A stretch of DNA of 62,849 nucleotides, the filler included. It is 13 parts of 13 records of this genome, joined end to end, with 100 filler letters (N's around TTAATTAATTAA, not from the genome) between each part and the next. Parts side by side here need not be neighbours in the genome. Positions count along the whole stretch, not along the records: positions 20,146 to 26,497 come from SRR7504441_12184; positions 26,598 to 29,739 come from SRR7504441_12185; positions 29,840 to 34,510 come from SRR7504441_12209; positions 34,611 to 42,711 come from SRR7504441_12213; 9 more parts are not named here. The stretch is one strand, 5' to 3'. Made by a program: the position numbers and the translations under genes. Positions 22,901 through 35,344 of the stretch are shown piece after piece (positions within the stretch are counted from its first letter, which is position 1; each line of letters starts with the position of its first letter). Under the pieces are notes generated by a model that did no database searches, was not told the origin of the DNA, and saw only the letters and a program-made list of their open reading frames with translations.

Positions 22901-24001
22901 TCATAGTTGTTCATCGGCAAACTGTGCACTCGTGCTGCTCAGTGAATCGTGGTCAAAATTCGAAGGTCTGACTAGGCTGTTTGCTCCGCTATCATTGCCG
23001 TTTACTCCCGTCCCTGTGCTCGGCTGTGTTGGTTGGCCCAAGATGTCCTGTGAGTCCAGGAATCCCGAATTGTCGACGTCCATCTCGTCGAAAAGTTTCC
23101 AGCACGTGAGCAGCTCTTTCTTAGTCACTTTGCTTTGGGCAAGCAGTTTAACCAGAGCGAATTCGCATCTGTCTAGTTTGCCGTCCTCACCGCCGAATTG
23201 CTCCAAATCTGTGAGCGTTATTGGCTGTTTGAGCCTCTGTTTCTGCCAGCGCTTGAGTTTGGCTTTGATGTAGATGCTTGCCACTAGGGAAACCCAACCG
23301 GCAAAAACAATCACGCCTATTAGCACCCAAAAGACAGAAAACATGCGAGCGCCTTCGGTGGTGGGCGAAACGTCGCCGTAGCCAACCGTTGTCAGGGTCA
23401 TTGCACTCAAGTAGAATGCGTCCAGCCACGAGATGTCTTCTGGCTGGTATCCGCCATAGAAGAACATACCAGTCAGTGTCGTCAGCACCACAAGCAGCGA
23501 GGTTCCCCATAGACGCCGCTTGTCAGCTGTGCCACAAAGCTTTCCACAAATCGAGCTCTGAACACCGGTCTTCTCCTCCTTCACTGAGAGACTCCTTGCT
23601 AACCGCTCGGTGGCTAACGCGACGTGAGCCCCCAGTGAGGAAGCGAGTAGCAGCATGGCCACCCAGGTGTATGCCACAGTGAAGAGCTTGGTACCGGTCA
23701 TCGAGGGCGACATGTCCCCGTAGCCCACAGTGGAGACTGTCACCACCACGAAATACAACGAATCGATCAGAGTCCATTCTTCCGCGGCCGCGTACACCCC
23801 CACGCCCAGCCAGATGTAAATCACCGCCACCGTCACTTCGAGCACAAGTAGACAGAACTCGTCATCGCTCCAGCGCTGGCGCTCCCGATCATCCTCCGTC
23901 TCCATTGTAAAAGCCTCAGATTGCGCCGCATCGCTGCTCCGTACTGGCCCGAGTGACAGTCCAACGGCCTGTGGCCCAGCCGGGGAGGGCTGGCTCTTCA
24001 T
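22901..24001 (-). CDS. Two-pore K+ channel with C-terminal EF-hands (TPK/KCO-like)
   Basis: Two TVGYGD pore loops, four TM helices, EF loop DVDNSGFLDSQD. Confidence 0.9.
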   Translation of the reverse strand: MKSQPSPAGPQAVGLSLGPVRSSDAAQSEAFTMETEDDRERQRWSDDEFCLLVLEVTVAVIYIWLGVGVYAAAEEWTLIDSLYFVVVTVSTVGYGDMSPSMTGTKLFTVAYTWVAMLLLASSLGAHVALATERLARSLSVKEEKTGVQSSICGKLCGTADKRRLWGTSLLVVLTTLTGMFFYGGYQPEDISWLDAFYLSAMTLTTVGYGDVSPTTEGARMFSVFWVLIGVIVFAGWVSLVASIYIKAKLKRWQKQRLKQPITLTDLEQFGGEDGKLDRCEFALVKLLAQSKVTKKELLTCWKLFDEMDVDNSGFLDSQDILGQPTQPSTGTGVNGNDSGANSLVRPSNFDHDSLSSTSAQFADEQL

Positions 24002-24088
24002 CCGCCCCCCCCCTTCGGCCGGGCTTTCTGGTCGCCCCCCCCGCAGGGTCCCCTGGTCGTGTGCCACCGCCGCGGAAAAAAAACTGAA

Positions 24089-24967
24089 ATGGAGAATGGC
24101 TGGGAGTCGGCTATGGACCCAGCTTCCGGGCGCGCCTACTGGTACAACCAGCAGCTGGGGCTGAGCCAGTGGGAGCCACCGGCCAAGCGGCGGCGCACCA
24201 TGGGGCTAGACCGGGCCGGGCGGGAGGCCAAGGCCGAGGCCCTGCGGAAGGCGGCCTACAACGGCTCGATACCCAAAGTGGAGGCAGCGCTGGCCGGGCT
24301 GAGCACGGTAGAGAGGCTGCTGGTGGTGGACGGGCTGGATCCAGAGGACGGGTACGCACCGCTCCACCTGGCCACCATCCAGGGCCACCTGCAGACCGCT
24401 GAGCGGCTGGTGAAGGCCAGGGCCGACGTGGACGTGGCTTCCCACACGGGGGACACGCCGTTGATGTGGGCGGCGCACCAGGGCAAGCTGCCGATGCTCA
24501 AGCTGCTGCTCAGGCTGGGGGCCGACTGCCTGCTCAAGAACCACCTCGGGCGGACGGCGTCGGTCCAGGCCAGGGGGAGCAAGCACGTCAGGATCTACGA
24601 GATGCTAGACAACCGGGAGGCCGACGTCCAGCTCGGGCTCTCGCGCAAAGCGGCCAGCGCCATGAAGGCAGCGGCCGGCCGGAGAGCGGAGAACGCAGCC
24701 AGAGTATCCCGGGCGGAGGCGGGCGCGCAGCCAAGGGCAGAAGAGGAGCCCAGGGCCGTGGGTGCCAGCGGGGGGCTGTCGGCACACTATAGGGTGCTCG
24801 GCCTGGAGGAAGAGGCGGCGACGGTGGAGGAGGTGAGGAAGGCGTACAAGCAACTGGCGCTGAAGCACCATCCTGACAAGAACCGTGGTGACGAGGACAA
24901 TGCTAAGAGCAGGTTCGAGCAGCTGGCCCTGGCCTACGAGGCGGTGATGAGCGCGCTAGGCGCATGA
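24089..24967 (+). CDS. WW + ankyrin repeat + C-terminal DnaJ domain protein
   Basis: GWES...YWYN...SQWEPP; APLHLA and TPLMWA; HYRVLG...HHPDKN. Confidence 0.9.
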   Translation: MENGWESAMDPASGRAYWYNQQLGLSQWEPPAKRRRTMGLDRAGREAKAEALRKAAYNGSIPKVEAALAGLSTVERLLVVDGLDPEDGYAPLHLATIQGHLQTAERLVKARADVDVASHTGDTPLMWAAHQGKLPMLKLLLRLGADCLLKNHLGRTASVQARGSKHVRIYEMLDNREADVQLGLSRKAASAMKAAAGRRAENAARVSRAEAGAQPRAEEEPRAVGASGGLSAHYRVLGLEEEAATVEEVRKAYKQLALKHHPDKNRGDEDNAKSRFEQLALAYEAVMSALGA

Positions 24968-25153
24968 AGAGCCTCGAACCCAATAAACTGCCTCGCATTA
25001 AACTAGAGATTCAATGAGTGGATCTCGAATCGCTTTCATCCACAGGCGACTCTATAGATACCCTGCAATCCGCTTCTAATCTTAAATCGGTCCTTTGTCT
25101 ACCCAATGTCGGATTCGAAAAGCGCACTCGCATTTGAGCATTGGTTTGACCAC

Positions 25154-26497
25154 TCAGCAGCCGCCGGCCACCCTATCTCTCAGCTCGACTGCGCTGATCC
25201 GCTCCTTGGCCAGCAGGAAGCACTCACCGAGCAGCTCCTGCAGCGGCTGCACGTGGTCCAGCAGCTGCCGCGAGTCTTCCCATATCGGGCCCCGATTCTC
25301 GGGCGGGCTATAGTCGGTCTTGAGCCGGCCCTTGATGTGGTAGTCGTCCAGGTGAGCTGCCGGGCGCTCAGTCAGGCCGGCCTAGGCGTACCTAGAGGAT
25401 CCTGCCCGGACCACAGCTCAAACAAACAGACGGCCATCGCCCACACGTCGGCCGGCTGGCCATACGGCTTCTCCTTGATCATCTCCGGGCTCATGTAGGC
25501 CACGGTGCCGGGCGAGCCGGTGTGAATGCAGCTCGATTCATCACAGGCAAACCCAAAGTCGGTGATCACGCAGCGCGAGATGCTCTGCCCGTCCAGCCGG
25601 AGCAGGAAGTTGGCCGGCTTGATGTCCCGGTGGCAGATCCCGCCCTTGCCCAGCGTGTGCATGAACGCGAGCGCCTCGAGCATATGACCAGTCAGCTGCC
25701 CCCCCGGTCAACTGGCCCGCACCGGGCAGCACCTCGGCCCGCACGGCCTTCCAGGCGGGCATCTCCGCCATCGGCACCCGGCGGGCCGGGGTCTGGGTGC
25801 CCCGGTAGATCCAGGCGTCCAGAGACATGTCGTACCTGCCGCAGCTCGCAGGAGGCGGAAGGCCACTCACTTGTCCAGCACGATCGCAAAGTGCTGCGGC
25901 GAAGTCATGTACGCCCCGTGGTACTCGACCACATTCGGGTGCCCGTTGAGCGCCTCGTGGATGCACAGCTCGACCACCACCTCGGGCTCGCTCACTGTCT
26001 CGTCCACCCGCATCATCTTGATCACCACCTCCCGGTCTGCCCCGGCTCGATTCGGCCCACCCAGCCGGCACCCGTCTCCTTCCGCCGGGCCCGGAAGATC
26101 CGGCCAAAGCAACCGGCGTTGGCGTCCGACTCTGCCGGCCCGGGCTGGCTGGCTGGGCTGGGGGCGCGCACTCTTGATCAGCGGCTCCATGTCCTCGAAA
26201 TCCTCCGGCTTGACCGCCAGCGCCAGCACCCCAGTGTGCAGCCCTGCCCCAGGGTCGGCACTCTCAATTGGGGTGCCCCCTCGCCTTTGGTCCGCCGCTG
26301 GATCCACGCTTTCTCGTTCTGGGGGAGCCGCCGGTTTCCGACCGCCGGTTTCTCAAAGGTCGGCCGGCCGGCTTTCTTGGGCGAGGGCGACGGCTTGTTG
26401 CCAGGGCTCTGACCGAGCAGGATCGGCGAGTCGGGCGAGCCCGAAATGGCTTCGGGCGCGGCCCCTGAACTGTTGGACGGGGCAGTACTCATCACTG
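25154..26497 (-). CDS. Ser/Thr protein kinase; multi-exon, 5' truncated
   Basis: VVIK, HRDIKPAN, TDFG, GTVAYMSPE, ADVWA. Confidence 0.9.
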
Positions 26498-26928
26498 NNN
26501 NNNNNNNNNNNNNNNNNNNNNNNNNNNNNNNNNNNNNNNNNTTAATTAATTAANNNNNNNNNNNNNNNNNNNNNNNNNNNNNNNNNNNNNNNNNNNNGGT
26601 CAAGGGCAGATTGAAGGGCACGCGGTCGTCTGGTGATCGCGTTTGTCTGCTGGTGGAATTTATGGTGCTGGTCCACTTCGGTTTCGCGGGCGGTCCGGGG
26701 TGAATGTTGCGTGAACCGCTTTGCCCCGACCCCGCCCGTTTGCCGCTGACCTCATCTCCACCCAGTCACGTGACGTGCCCTGGCTGAGATATTGGCGTTT
26801 AGCGATTGAGCCTCCGAGCCCTTCGCCCCAATGGCCCCATTGTTCTAATTTCGCATCCCGCGCGTTAACACGGGTCCATTGAACTCATTGCGCCGTTCGA
26901 CAACTCACCGGGCAATCACACCGCAGCA

Positions 26929-28298
26929 ATGGCAACCCCTCAAGAGCAGGCAGCAGCCATGATCAAGGCGGGCCGGGGGGGCGGGCCGGGTGGGAGCGGG
27001 CGGGGCAGGCGATCGACGTCAACATGGACAAGGCGCTCCAGAAGTCGGAGATGATCGCTTTCTTCGAGGGGCTCAAGACCGCGCTGAACATGCCCGCGGA
27101 GGACCCCTCCCGCCGACCGTCGGAGGAGGAGGCCGACGACCTGATCAACACCTACGGCGAGAACGGCGAGATCCCCGGTACCGCACCTGCCCGCCGACCG
27201 AGCCCGAGCCGGCTGGGCAGCCGAGAAGTTTGAGGCTTTCCTTGTGCAATTCTGCACCGACGACGCGGAGAAGGCCCAGCTGGTGCTGGATGGGATGGCC
27301 AAGATGGGCGGGCAAGACAAGGAGCTGTTCGCCCAGATGCTCGCCCGGGTCAAGGACTTTGACGGCTTCCTGGCCGCACTGGACCAGTCCGGCGGCTCCA
27401 CGCCCAAGGCCCTCGCAGCCTACGGCGTTCCGGCCGACCAGTACAACGGTGCGGCGTCGGGGGGTGGAGGCCGGAGTGGGGGCAGGCGACGAGGAGATGT
27501 TTGACGCGGTGCACGCGATGCGCACCAGGATCGTCACCTCGCCGGCGTTCTGTGGCGAGGATGTGCTGGGTGCGATCCTGTTCGAGATGACGATGGACCG
27601 TGAGTTCGAGGGCGTGCCGGCCGCCCAGTTCCTATGGGAGAAGAAGAACATTGTCCCGTTTGTCAAGTGCGACAAGGGGCTGGCCGGTGCGCTGGGTGGC
27701 CGGGGCAGCAGCTCACTCGGTGCTGGCAGATGAGGCTGATGACTGCCAGGTGATGAAGCCGATGCCGCAGCTGGACGCGCTGCTCACGCGGGCCAAGGGG
27801 CTGGGCGTGTTCGGGACCAAGATGCGCTCGCTGATCAAGAAGGCCAACGAGGCCGGGATTAAGGCCGTAGTGGCGCAGCAATTCGAGGTCGGTAAGCAGA
27901 TCATTGGGCACGGCCTGTGTCCTATCATCGAGCCCGAGGTAGACATCCACTCCGAGACTAAGGCCGAGGCCGAGACGCTGCTCAAGGCTGCGATCATGGA
28001 GGAGCTCAACAAGCTGGACGTCGAGAAGGGCGAGCTCGTCATGCTAAAGCTCTCGCTTCCGACTGTGGAAGGATTCTACACAGAGTGCATTGAGCACCCT
28101 GCAGTTGTCAAGGTGGTCGCGCTCTCGGGCGGGTTCAGCCGCGAGGAGGCAAACGCGCGGCTGGCCAAGCAGCCAAAGATGGTGGCTAGCTTTTCGAGGG
28201 CACTCACAGAGGGGCTGTCGGCGCCGCAGAGCGACGAGGAGTTCAACGCGATGTTGAAGGCGGCGATCGAGAGCATTCACAAGGCGTCGAGCACATAG
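26929..28298 (+). CDS. Bacterial-type class I fructose-bisphosphate aldolase with N-terminal EF-hand extension; 4 introns
   Basis: [56 protein letters not shown]. Confidence 0.92.
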
Positions 28299-28561
28299 GT
28301 TGAGGCATGAGTCTGCTGGAAGCTGATGCGGGCGTACGGTATGCACGTCAGACGTTGAGGTAGTTGTGAATCATTTGAGTGGAAAGAGTTTATATTTATT
28401 TTTGTGCACACGTTAGGACGGACAACAATCGTCACGGCATTCTCTCTCATATGCGTGATGCCGATTGCGCATTGTACCTAAGTTGCAGTCAAGCGTATTG
28501 CACGTGTACTGGCGTCAGTCGCCTTCTTGCATTCGTATCACATAGCCCGCTCTGCCTTGGA

Positions 28562-29248
28562 CTATTCGCGCCTCTCGTCTGTTAGGAACTTATAGCCAGA
28601 AATGAACCATTCGGTTGGCTCCGGCCTGCCAGACAGCGCGTGGAACCCTTTTCTAAACACCCGATTGCTCTTCGCGGCTATCTCCAACGCCCTCACTTGG
28701 TTATGCAGGGACAAATTGTGCGCCTGGCACGCGGCCGAGCTGCATGCATACTCGGCTCTTGCGGCCTGGCTCCAGCCGGCCAGCTGCCGTTGTATCAACT
28801 CCCGTTCGGTCCGGACTAGCAGCAGCCGAATCAGCTGCACCAGCAGCACTAGCCCATCCCGCTCACCCTTGAGCGCTACAACCGCCGCCGACCGCCGACC
28901 GGCCGAGTCGACCAGCTGCGCCAGCATCGATCCAGCCCACCGGTGCTGCCATCGCCGGACTTCATGGGCGACTGCCGCCGCCACCAGGCAGTTCTCGCGC
29001 CAACGACGGCACACCCGGTCCATATCGGTTCGATTCATTCGGCGGAGCGCCCGGTGAATCATCCCGAAGGCGGCGGGATTGGCGGTAAGGAGCGCCCGGG
29101 TGCGGAGGGTCTGCTCGCGCCAGGTAGACTGGACCAGCCGATGCTCGAGCTCCTCGATCCTCCGGTTGGCTTGGGTCATCTCGTAGGCGTGCTGCACCGC
29201 CGGAGTTGACCAGGACGAGTGCGTTGCGTTGTTGCGGAGAGCCATCAC
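28562..29248 (-). CDS. Hypothetical helical protein
   Basis: 228-aa ORF with coding-like composition; no motif recognised. Confidence 0.4.
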   Translation of the reverse strand: MMALRNNATHSSWSTPAVQHAYEMTQANRRIEELEHRLVQSTWREQTLRTRALLTANPAAFGMIHRALRRMNRTDMDRVCRRWRENCLVAAAVAHEVRRWQHRWAGSMLAQLVDSAGRRSAAVVALKGERDGLVLLVQLIRLLLVRTERELIQRQLAGWSQAARAEYACSSAACQAHNLSLHNQVRALEIAAKSNRVFRKGFHALSGRPEPTEWFISGYKFLTDERRE

Positions 29249-29839
29249 CCCGTGGATCAGGGCGACCAGGGTTGAACCCGGGCCTTCTCAGCCAATCGAT
29301 TTGGAGCCTCTTGAACGCCGGAGCAATGGCGCGGTCTTACCGGTGGCGTCCCAACCGCAGCCAACGGCCTTTACCTATCTGGACGTACAGGCGTTTGCCT
29401 CTGTATGTAATGGCTTCACGAAAACAATGATTTCTCGTATCATGAATTCATCATTTAACTTTAAGAGTGCGCCTGATTGCGGTCGTCAGCGCCTAACTCC
29501 CATGCTAGCTCCATGGTCGCCAAGTGGGCCGGTCTATGGATTCGCTCCAGATCGTACTCGCACTAGCCTGCTCAAGTGCACTAGGCGTCTCACTATAATT
29601 CTCATCGATCCTCAATAACTTGTCGCAAATGAACTCATCGAACCTGAAGGCATAAAACTTCGGGTGGATTGCTGTGATGCCCCTTGGGTTACCGAAAAGG
29701 GGGCAGCATCCAAGTATCCATTGGAGTAGTTTACCCTGTNNNNNNNNNNNNNNNNNNNNNNNNNNNNNNNNNNNNNNNNNNNNTTAATTAATTAANNNNN
29801 NNNNNNNNNNNNNNNNNNNNNNNNNNNNNNNNNNNNNNN

Positions 29840-31235
29840 CATCCAAATCAAACGCATAGAACACCTCCTCCAGCATCTTCGCACGACGTTGCTGTGTGCT
29901 CACACTGTTCTGAGACGTCTTATTCTTTTCAGGTGTCAGTGGCTTGTCAATCACAGAACCAAGCTGGCGGGAAAGATTCAAATCTTTGAGCCCTGCGGTG
30001 GCTCGGGCTGCATCAGCCACCAGAGCAAAGTCACGTAACTGCTCATTGAATTTTACCTTATCATTAGACATAAAACCACAGAAAGAACTTACAAACTCTG
30101 ATTTGCTCAATTTGCCATCACCATTTGCATCGATCTTAGCAAACAAGCTTTCGTTCTTGCTGTGCGACCAGTCACGTGCTTTCTGCCCCAGGGCCTGGCG
30201 CGTCTGGCCGAGAACCGACAGCTCTTGTTTCTCTATGTAACCGGATCCATCCAGATCAAATGCATCAAACAGCTTTTCAAGCGTATGGACCTTGTATTTG
30301 CGGAGAGATTCCGAGCTTGACCGCTGCACCTGCACACAAATAAATGGCTCACGAGAGAGACATCCAGCAGTGGTAACCTGTAGCAGTCGATCAGCTCTCT
30401 CGGCATCTTCCTTTGACAGCTTGAGCGGTGAAGCCGGACCTGCAGCAAGAGTTGGGTTAAGTAGCCAGTGGCCGGAGTGTGGAGGGCGATGGGCTGCAAG
30501 CATTGCTACACTCTGCAAGGATCGGTTACCTGGCCTCCGAGACCCTTGCAGGATCCGCTCGGCCCGTGCTTGTTCGATTTGGAGCTGCTTCTGTGCGATT
30601 TCAGCTGCACGCTGTGCCCATTCCCAGTCCTTCCCTGGTGAGTCGCTCACGCTACCACGCCGCCGCTCCGGTGCGGCTCCTGGAGCTTGGGGGGAGTCAG
30701 TGTTGGAGGGAGCCTCAGACTGCTCGCCGCTCCTAGGGCTCGTCGGGCTCGGCTGCCTGACACTGGCGACCTCGGGCGAGTGCCGGGGGCTTGACCCGAA
30801 GAAACGACTCTCTGTGCGCACCGGACTCTCGGGGGCGGCCTCGGGCTCAGGGTCCGGCTCAACGGCAGTTGCGGTCGCGGCCTCCAGCTCGCGCTCGGCC
30901 TCGAGCTGGGCGGCCTCGGCCTTGGACTGCTCCTCGGCGTGCTGCTCCAGAATCCGCCTCTCGAGTTCTATCCGCTCCTGCTTGGAGAGCCGGGCCGGCG
31001 ACCTGCTCGGCGTGCTGTTCCCGCTGTTCCGCCCCGGGCTTTGTGGGGAGTCGTCCTCGTCGGAGAGGAATACTGGCTCGGCCGGCTGCTCCTCATCCAG
31101 CTCCGGCAGTTGGACCGGAGGCTCGGACGAGGTCGGCTGCTCCTCCTCCGGCAGTTGCTCTTCCAGAGTGTCGGAAGTGTCGGACGGAACGTCGGACGGA
31201 ACGTCGGACGGTACGTCGTCCTCCGGTTCTGCCAT
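29840..31235 (-). CDS. EF-hand protein with long disordered N-terminus; 3' truncated
   Basis: FDLDGSGYIEKQE, IDANGDGKLSKSEF and a third FDLD at the contig edge. Confidence 0.85.
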
Positions 31236-31444
31236 CCCCTCGGGCCGGAGCGTCCTTGCTCGGGCAGCTGGGGCAGCTCGAGGCTTTGATTCGGTTGCAG
31301 TTGGTTCCAACGGAAAGAATTTACTCATCACCCGAGTTCACCCGGTGGTGCCTGCTGGCGGACGGCAGCTGCCACGAATTCGGGTGAGCCTCACAGGAGC
31401 CGAGCGGTCCGACACACGGCACCACAGTCGGGCCGGCACTACTG

Positions 31445-34400
31445 ATGGCTCGGCCAACTCGAGCAGTGGGGCTGCGAGCTTCGGCGCGGGCGGGCGGATC
31501 GGGTCGGCGTGAGTTGCAGCATCGGCGGGCGGATCAGCTGGAGGCCGCGCTGACCATGCAGACCAACGTGGCTCTTGGCCTGGAGAGGGAGCTCGCCGAC
31601 GTCCAGATGGGCCGCGTGCGCGCCCAGGCCGAGCTGCAGGCGATCATAGCCGGCGATCCGGCCGCCGCGCCGCTCATCGACGAGCTGAGCGGCGACTGTA
31701 TGGAGCTGTTCTGCTCTGCGCTTCGGGATGTGGTCCGGCTCTGCAAGTGAGCGGGCCCTGGCCGCACGCCGCTCACGTGCTGGCTGCAGGCGGGCGTTCG
31801 GCACTCCGGGGGGCGAGGTGTCGCGGTCGGTGCGCGCGCTCAAGGAAGCGCAGATCAAGGCGATGACCGTGCAGTCTGAGGTGTGCGCAGCCGCGGGGGG
31901 TGGAGCGCGATTTGGTCGGTCAGATACAGTGCCTGCTGGACGACTTGGGCGGCCCAGCAGCCCTGCCAATGCGAGCAATTGAGGGCAACTCTGTGCTGGA
32001 CGAGGAGGAGCACGGCAGGCACCAAAGGCTCAGCTCGATGTGGGCAGCGGTAGGGGCCCTGTGAGCTGATATCTAGCTGACGGCGCCACTGCAGATGACA
32101 CATGTGGTTCAAATCATTGCCTGTGCGATCGATGGCAGCAGCGCATCGGATGACGCGCTGCAGCTATTGACCGACACATTAGCCAAGGAGTCTGGCAATG
32201 CGGAGCCTCCTGTAGCCGCGCTTGTGGCGCGGCTTGAGTCTCAGGTGCCCACGCTTGTTGTGATGAGCACTGATCGGACCGACAATAGGTGCAGCAACAG
32301 ATGTCGCGTGTGAGAGTTGGGAATTCGCAGCAGTCGCCTGGAGTGGAGCGGCAAGTCTCTGAAGGCCCATTAAATCACACATCTCCTAGTCATGCTCAGC
32401 TCCAAGAGCAGCACGCTGAAATTGTCATGCTCAGGCAGCAGCTACAGCAGGCAATTGAGGTGGTCGGGTCACTCCGCCAAGCCAGAGTTAGTGAACTTGC
32501 AAAAGTGTCGGCTCAATTAGAGCAAGATAGCGAGGCGGTGTGCGAGGTCATGCAAGCCGAGATTAGTGAGATTAAGGCGCAGTGCGAACAAGCAGAGAAG
32601 CGCGCTCAGGATGCAGAAGCACAGGTAGAGGAGCTCCGCAAGCTGCTCAGGGAAATGGAGCTTTGTGGCGACTTGGAATCAAGTGAGCAAGCAGTCCAAA
32701 GTCAAAAGCTTCAGAAGGCCCAAGCTGAAGTGTCCAAGCTAAGCAGTCTGGTTGAAGACGCCGAGAGAAGAGCTGAGGAAGCCGAGATGGACGCTGAGAA
32801 AAGGGCTGAGGACGCAGTTTGGTACAGTGATGAGCACGGTGCCGTGACGCAAGGCAATGGTCAGACGAAATGGCGAGCTGAGCAAGAGAATAGGCGGGCT
32901 GCTGAAAGGCGAGCAGTTGCTGCAGAGAACCGAGCACAGCAAGTTGAATTGCAGTTGAAGGAGGTCACCGCAAGAGCAGAAGAAGCGACGATGAGGGCAG
33001 TGGAAATTGAGAGAGCGGCTGAAAGTGATGCACGTCTACAGGGGCAGTCTGGGTCTCTAGAGTTGGACAAACGAGTCAGCTCAGCAGAGATGAGAGCCAT
33101 TAATGCTGAACTAGCAGCTGAGGAGTCCCGAAAGCAAGCAGAAGAAGCCGATTCGAGAGTGGGCGAGGCAGAGCGGAGAGTCACAGCAATGAAGAAGGCA
33201 TTAGCCGAAGCGCGAGTTGTCAAGAGCAAACAGAACGTCGAAGCTGCTCTGGATAGAGCAGATCTTAACTTAGCTGATGCTAAGAGGGAGAACGAGGAGC
33301 TGCATCAGAGGTCTCTGGAGCTACAGTCTGAAAGGGATGATGCCAATAGGCATGCTCAGGAAGCAGATGCTGAGCTCAGAGAATTCAAAGAGCGGTGTAG
33401 TCACTTGGAAGCGAAAGAAGAAGCCAATATAGAAAAGCAGCAAGCCACAGAAGAGGCAATGAAGCTTGTAGCTCAGGAGGCCAAGCAGGTCATGACACAA
33501 CTGGCCCTCCACCGAGAACTTGAGAACGATAATGAGACGCTGAGGAGCGAACTCACGAAATTGCAGGAAGCATGTGACGAAGCTGAGGGGGAAAATGAAG
33601 AGATCCGCAAGATCATGTGTGTTGAAATTGAACAAATGAGAAAGAAACAGGACCAGCTGATGGAAGCGGGCATGCAGCGAGCCAATCAGGAGTGTATTAA
33701 ACTGCGAAATGCCAAGAGTGAAGCTGAGAAACGAATGAGTGAGGCCGAGATACAGAGTCAGGAGAAAGAAACTCAATTATTAGCGGCACAAAAGCAAGTG
33801 AAGTATGCTGAGAACCAGTGCGACTCCGCTACAGAGCGCATTGTAGAGTTGCAACGCCATTTAGATGATGCCCTCCGATCCAACTCCGAGCTCGAGAAGT
33901 CCAAAGAATCGGAGTACAGTCAACAAGATCAGAAGCTGCTGCAGGCGAACGAGATGTTGTTCCAAACACAAGAAGAGAATGCTCGTTGTGTCGAAGAATT
34001 TGAAACACTTGACGAATCGCACAGATCTCTAGTGGCGTTGTACGAGCAGGCGGCCTCAGAGTTGGAGAGCTCGCAGAGCGAGAGTGCAGAGACTAAGGCC
34101 GAATCTTTCCGAATGCTTAATGAAATGCAGGCAATACACGAGGTCCTGCAGGCCGAGAGGGACTCAAAGCTTCAACTAGAACTTGCATTAGAGTCGGCTG
34201 AAGAGCAAATACAGCAGTTGCTTGCTGGCAGGGATATTCAAGGACAGGGGCGACGGAGTGATGAGGGAACTCAAGCTAGCATTGGATTCACGGAATCGTC
34301 ACCAACATCTCCACCAGGCTTCTTACAAACAATTGAGGATCACCTTGATGATTGCATCTCGGCACTCTCAAATACACATGGGTCATCTGTTGGACGATCT

Positions 34401-34496
34401 AAAGTCAGCTTCATGATAGATGACCCGGCTGATGCAAGTTCGAGTTCTCGGATTCCTGCAGATGTGGTATCGCCAGTACCATTCGCAGGGTTTTGA
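31445..34496 (+). CDS. Long coiled-coil protein; multi-exon 5' part
   Basis: 735-aa E/Q/A/K heptad ORF preceded by short exons with GT-AG introns. Confidence 0.7.
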
Positions 34497-34621
34497 ACCT
34501 TTTGATGCCGNNNNNNNNNNNNNNNNNNNNNNNNNNNNNNNNNNNNNNNNNNNNTTAATTAATTAANNNNNNNNNNNNNNNNNNNNNNNNNNNNNNNNNN
34601 NNNNNNNNNNGGAAGCTTTCA

Positions 34622-34975
34622 ATGGCTTGGGAGAAGTGGCAGTATGTGTACCTCTGGATGAGGCGGCTTGCAATACTGCAAGAAATTGTCATGAAGATGT
34701 TCTCTTTGAGTTGGGCCGCAATATTCGACTACTGGAAAATTGTGACTAGGACCACAAAGAAGCAGCTCAGGGATGCACAAGATGTCTGGGTTGAGCCAAG
34801 GCTCTCACCAAAGAGTACATCTCCAATAGTTCGTCCTTCTCGCGAACGTAAATCTCGTAACTTTACGAACTTGGGTGACTTGCAAAAGATGCACATGTCA
34901 AAGTTCATGAAGCGCTTGGTGAAAGAAGAAGCGATGCAAGATACAACGTTGGAAACTGATTTAAATCTGAATTGA
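34622..34975 (+). CDS. 3' fragment of a hypothetical protein
   Basis: ORF at contig start with Trp-spaced helical repeats. Confidence 0.4.
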   Translation: MAWEKWQYVYLWMRRLAILQEIVMKMFSLSWAAIFDYWKIVTRTTKKQLRDAQDVWVEPRLSPKSTSPIVRPSRERKSRNFTNLGDLQKMHMSKFMKRLVKEEAMQDTTLETDLNLN

Positions 34976-35344
34976 TGCTTTTTGTATTAGACAAGTCAAT
35001 GTCGTGTACAAAGAATGCAAGCACAGTTACGTCACAGAAACCCGAAACATAACAACGAACTTTAAGTTCGGTACAATTTAATAAATCGTAATTATCAAAA
35101 TTGATCAGCACTTGACATGCAATCATGTACATGTACAAAACCTGATTTTCACGTCAGTCGTGTACATGAAACTGATTTTAAATCATCATCTCGAGTCACC
35201 GAGTTCAATTTACGCCTTAAGTAATTAGCTAAACTGCTGCTTGCGTCGCATAAAGGCTTGCCCCCCCACAAACCATCCGATCTGCACGCCATTCCCAGGG
35301 TCTCCTCAAGATCGACCGTAAAGAGCGCATGTCCCACCCTAAAG

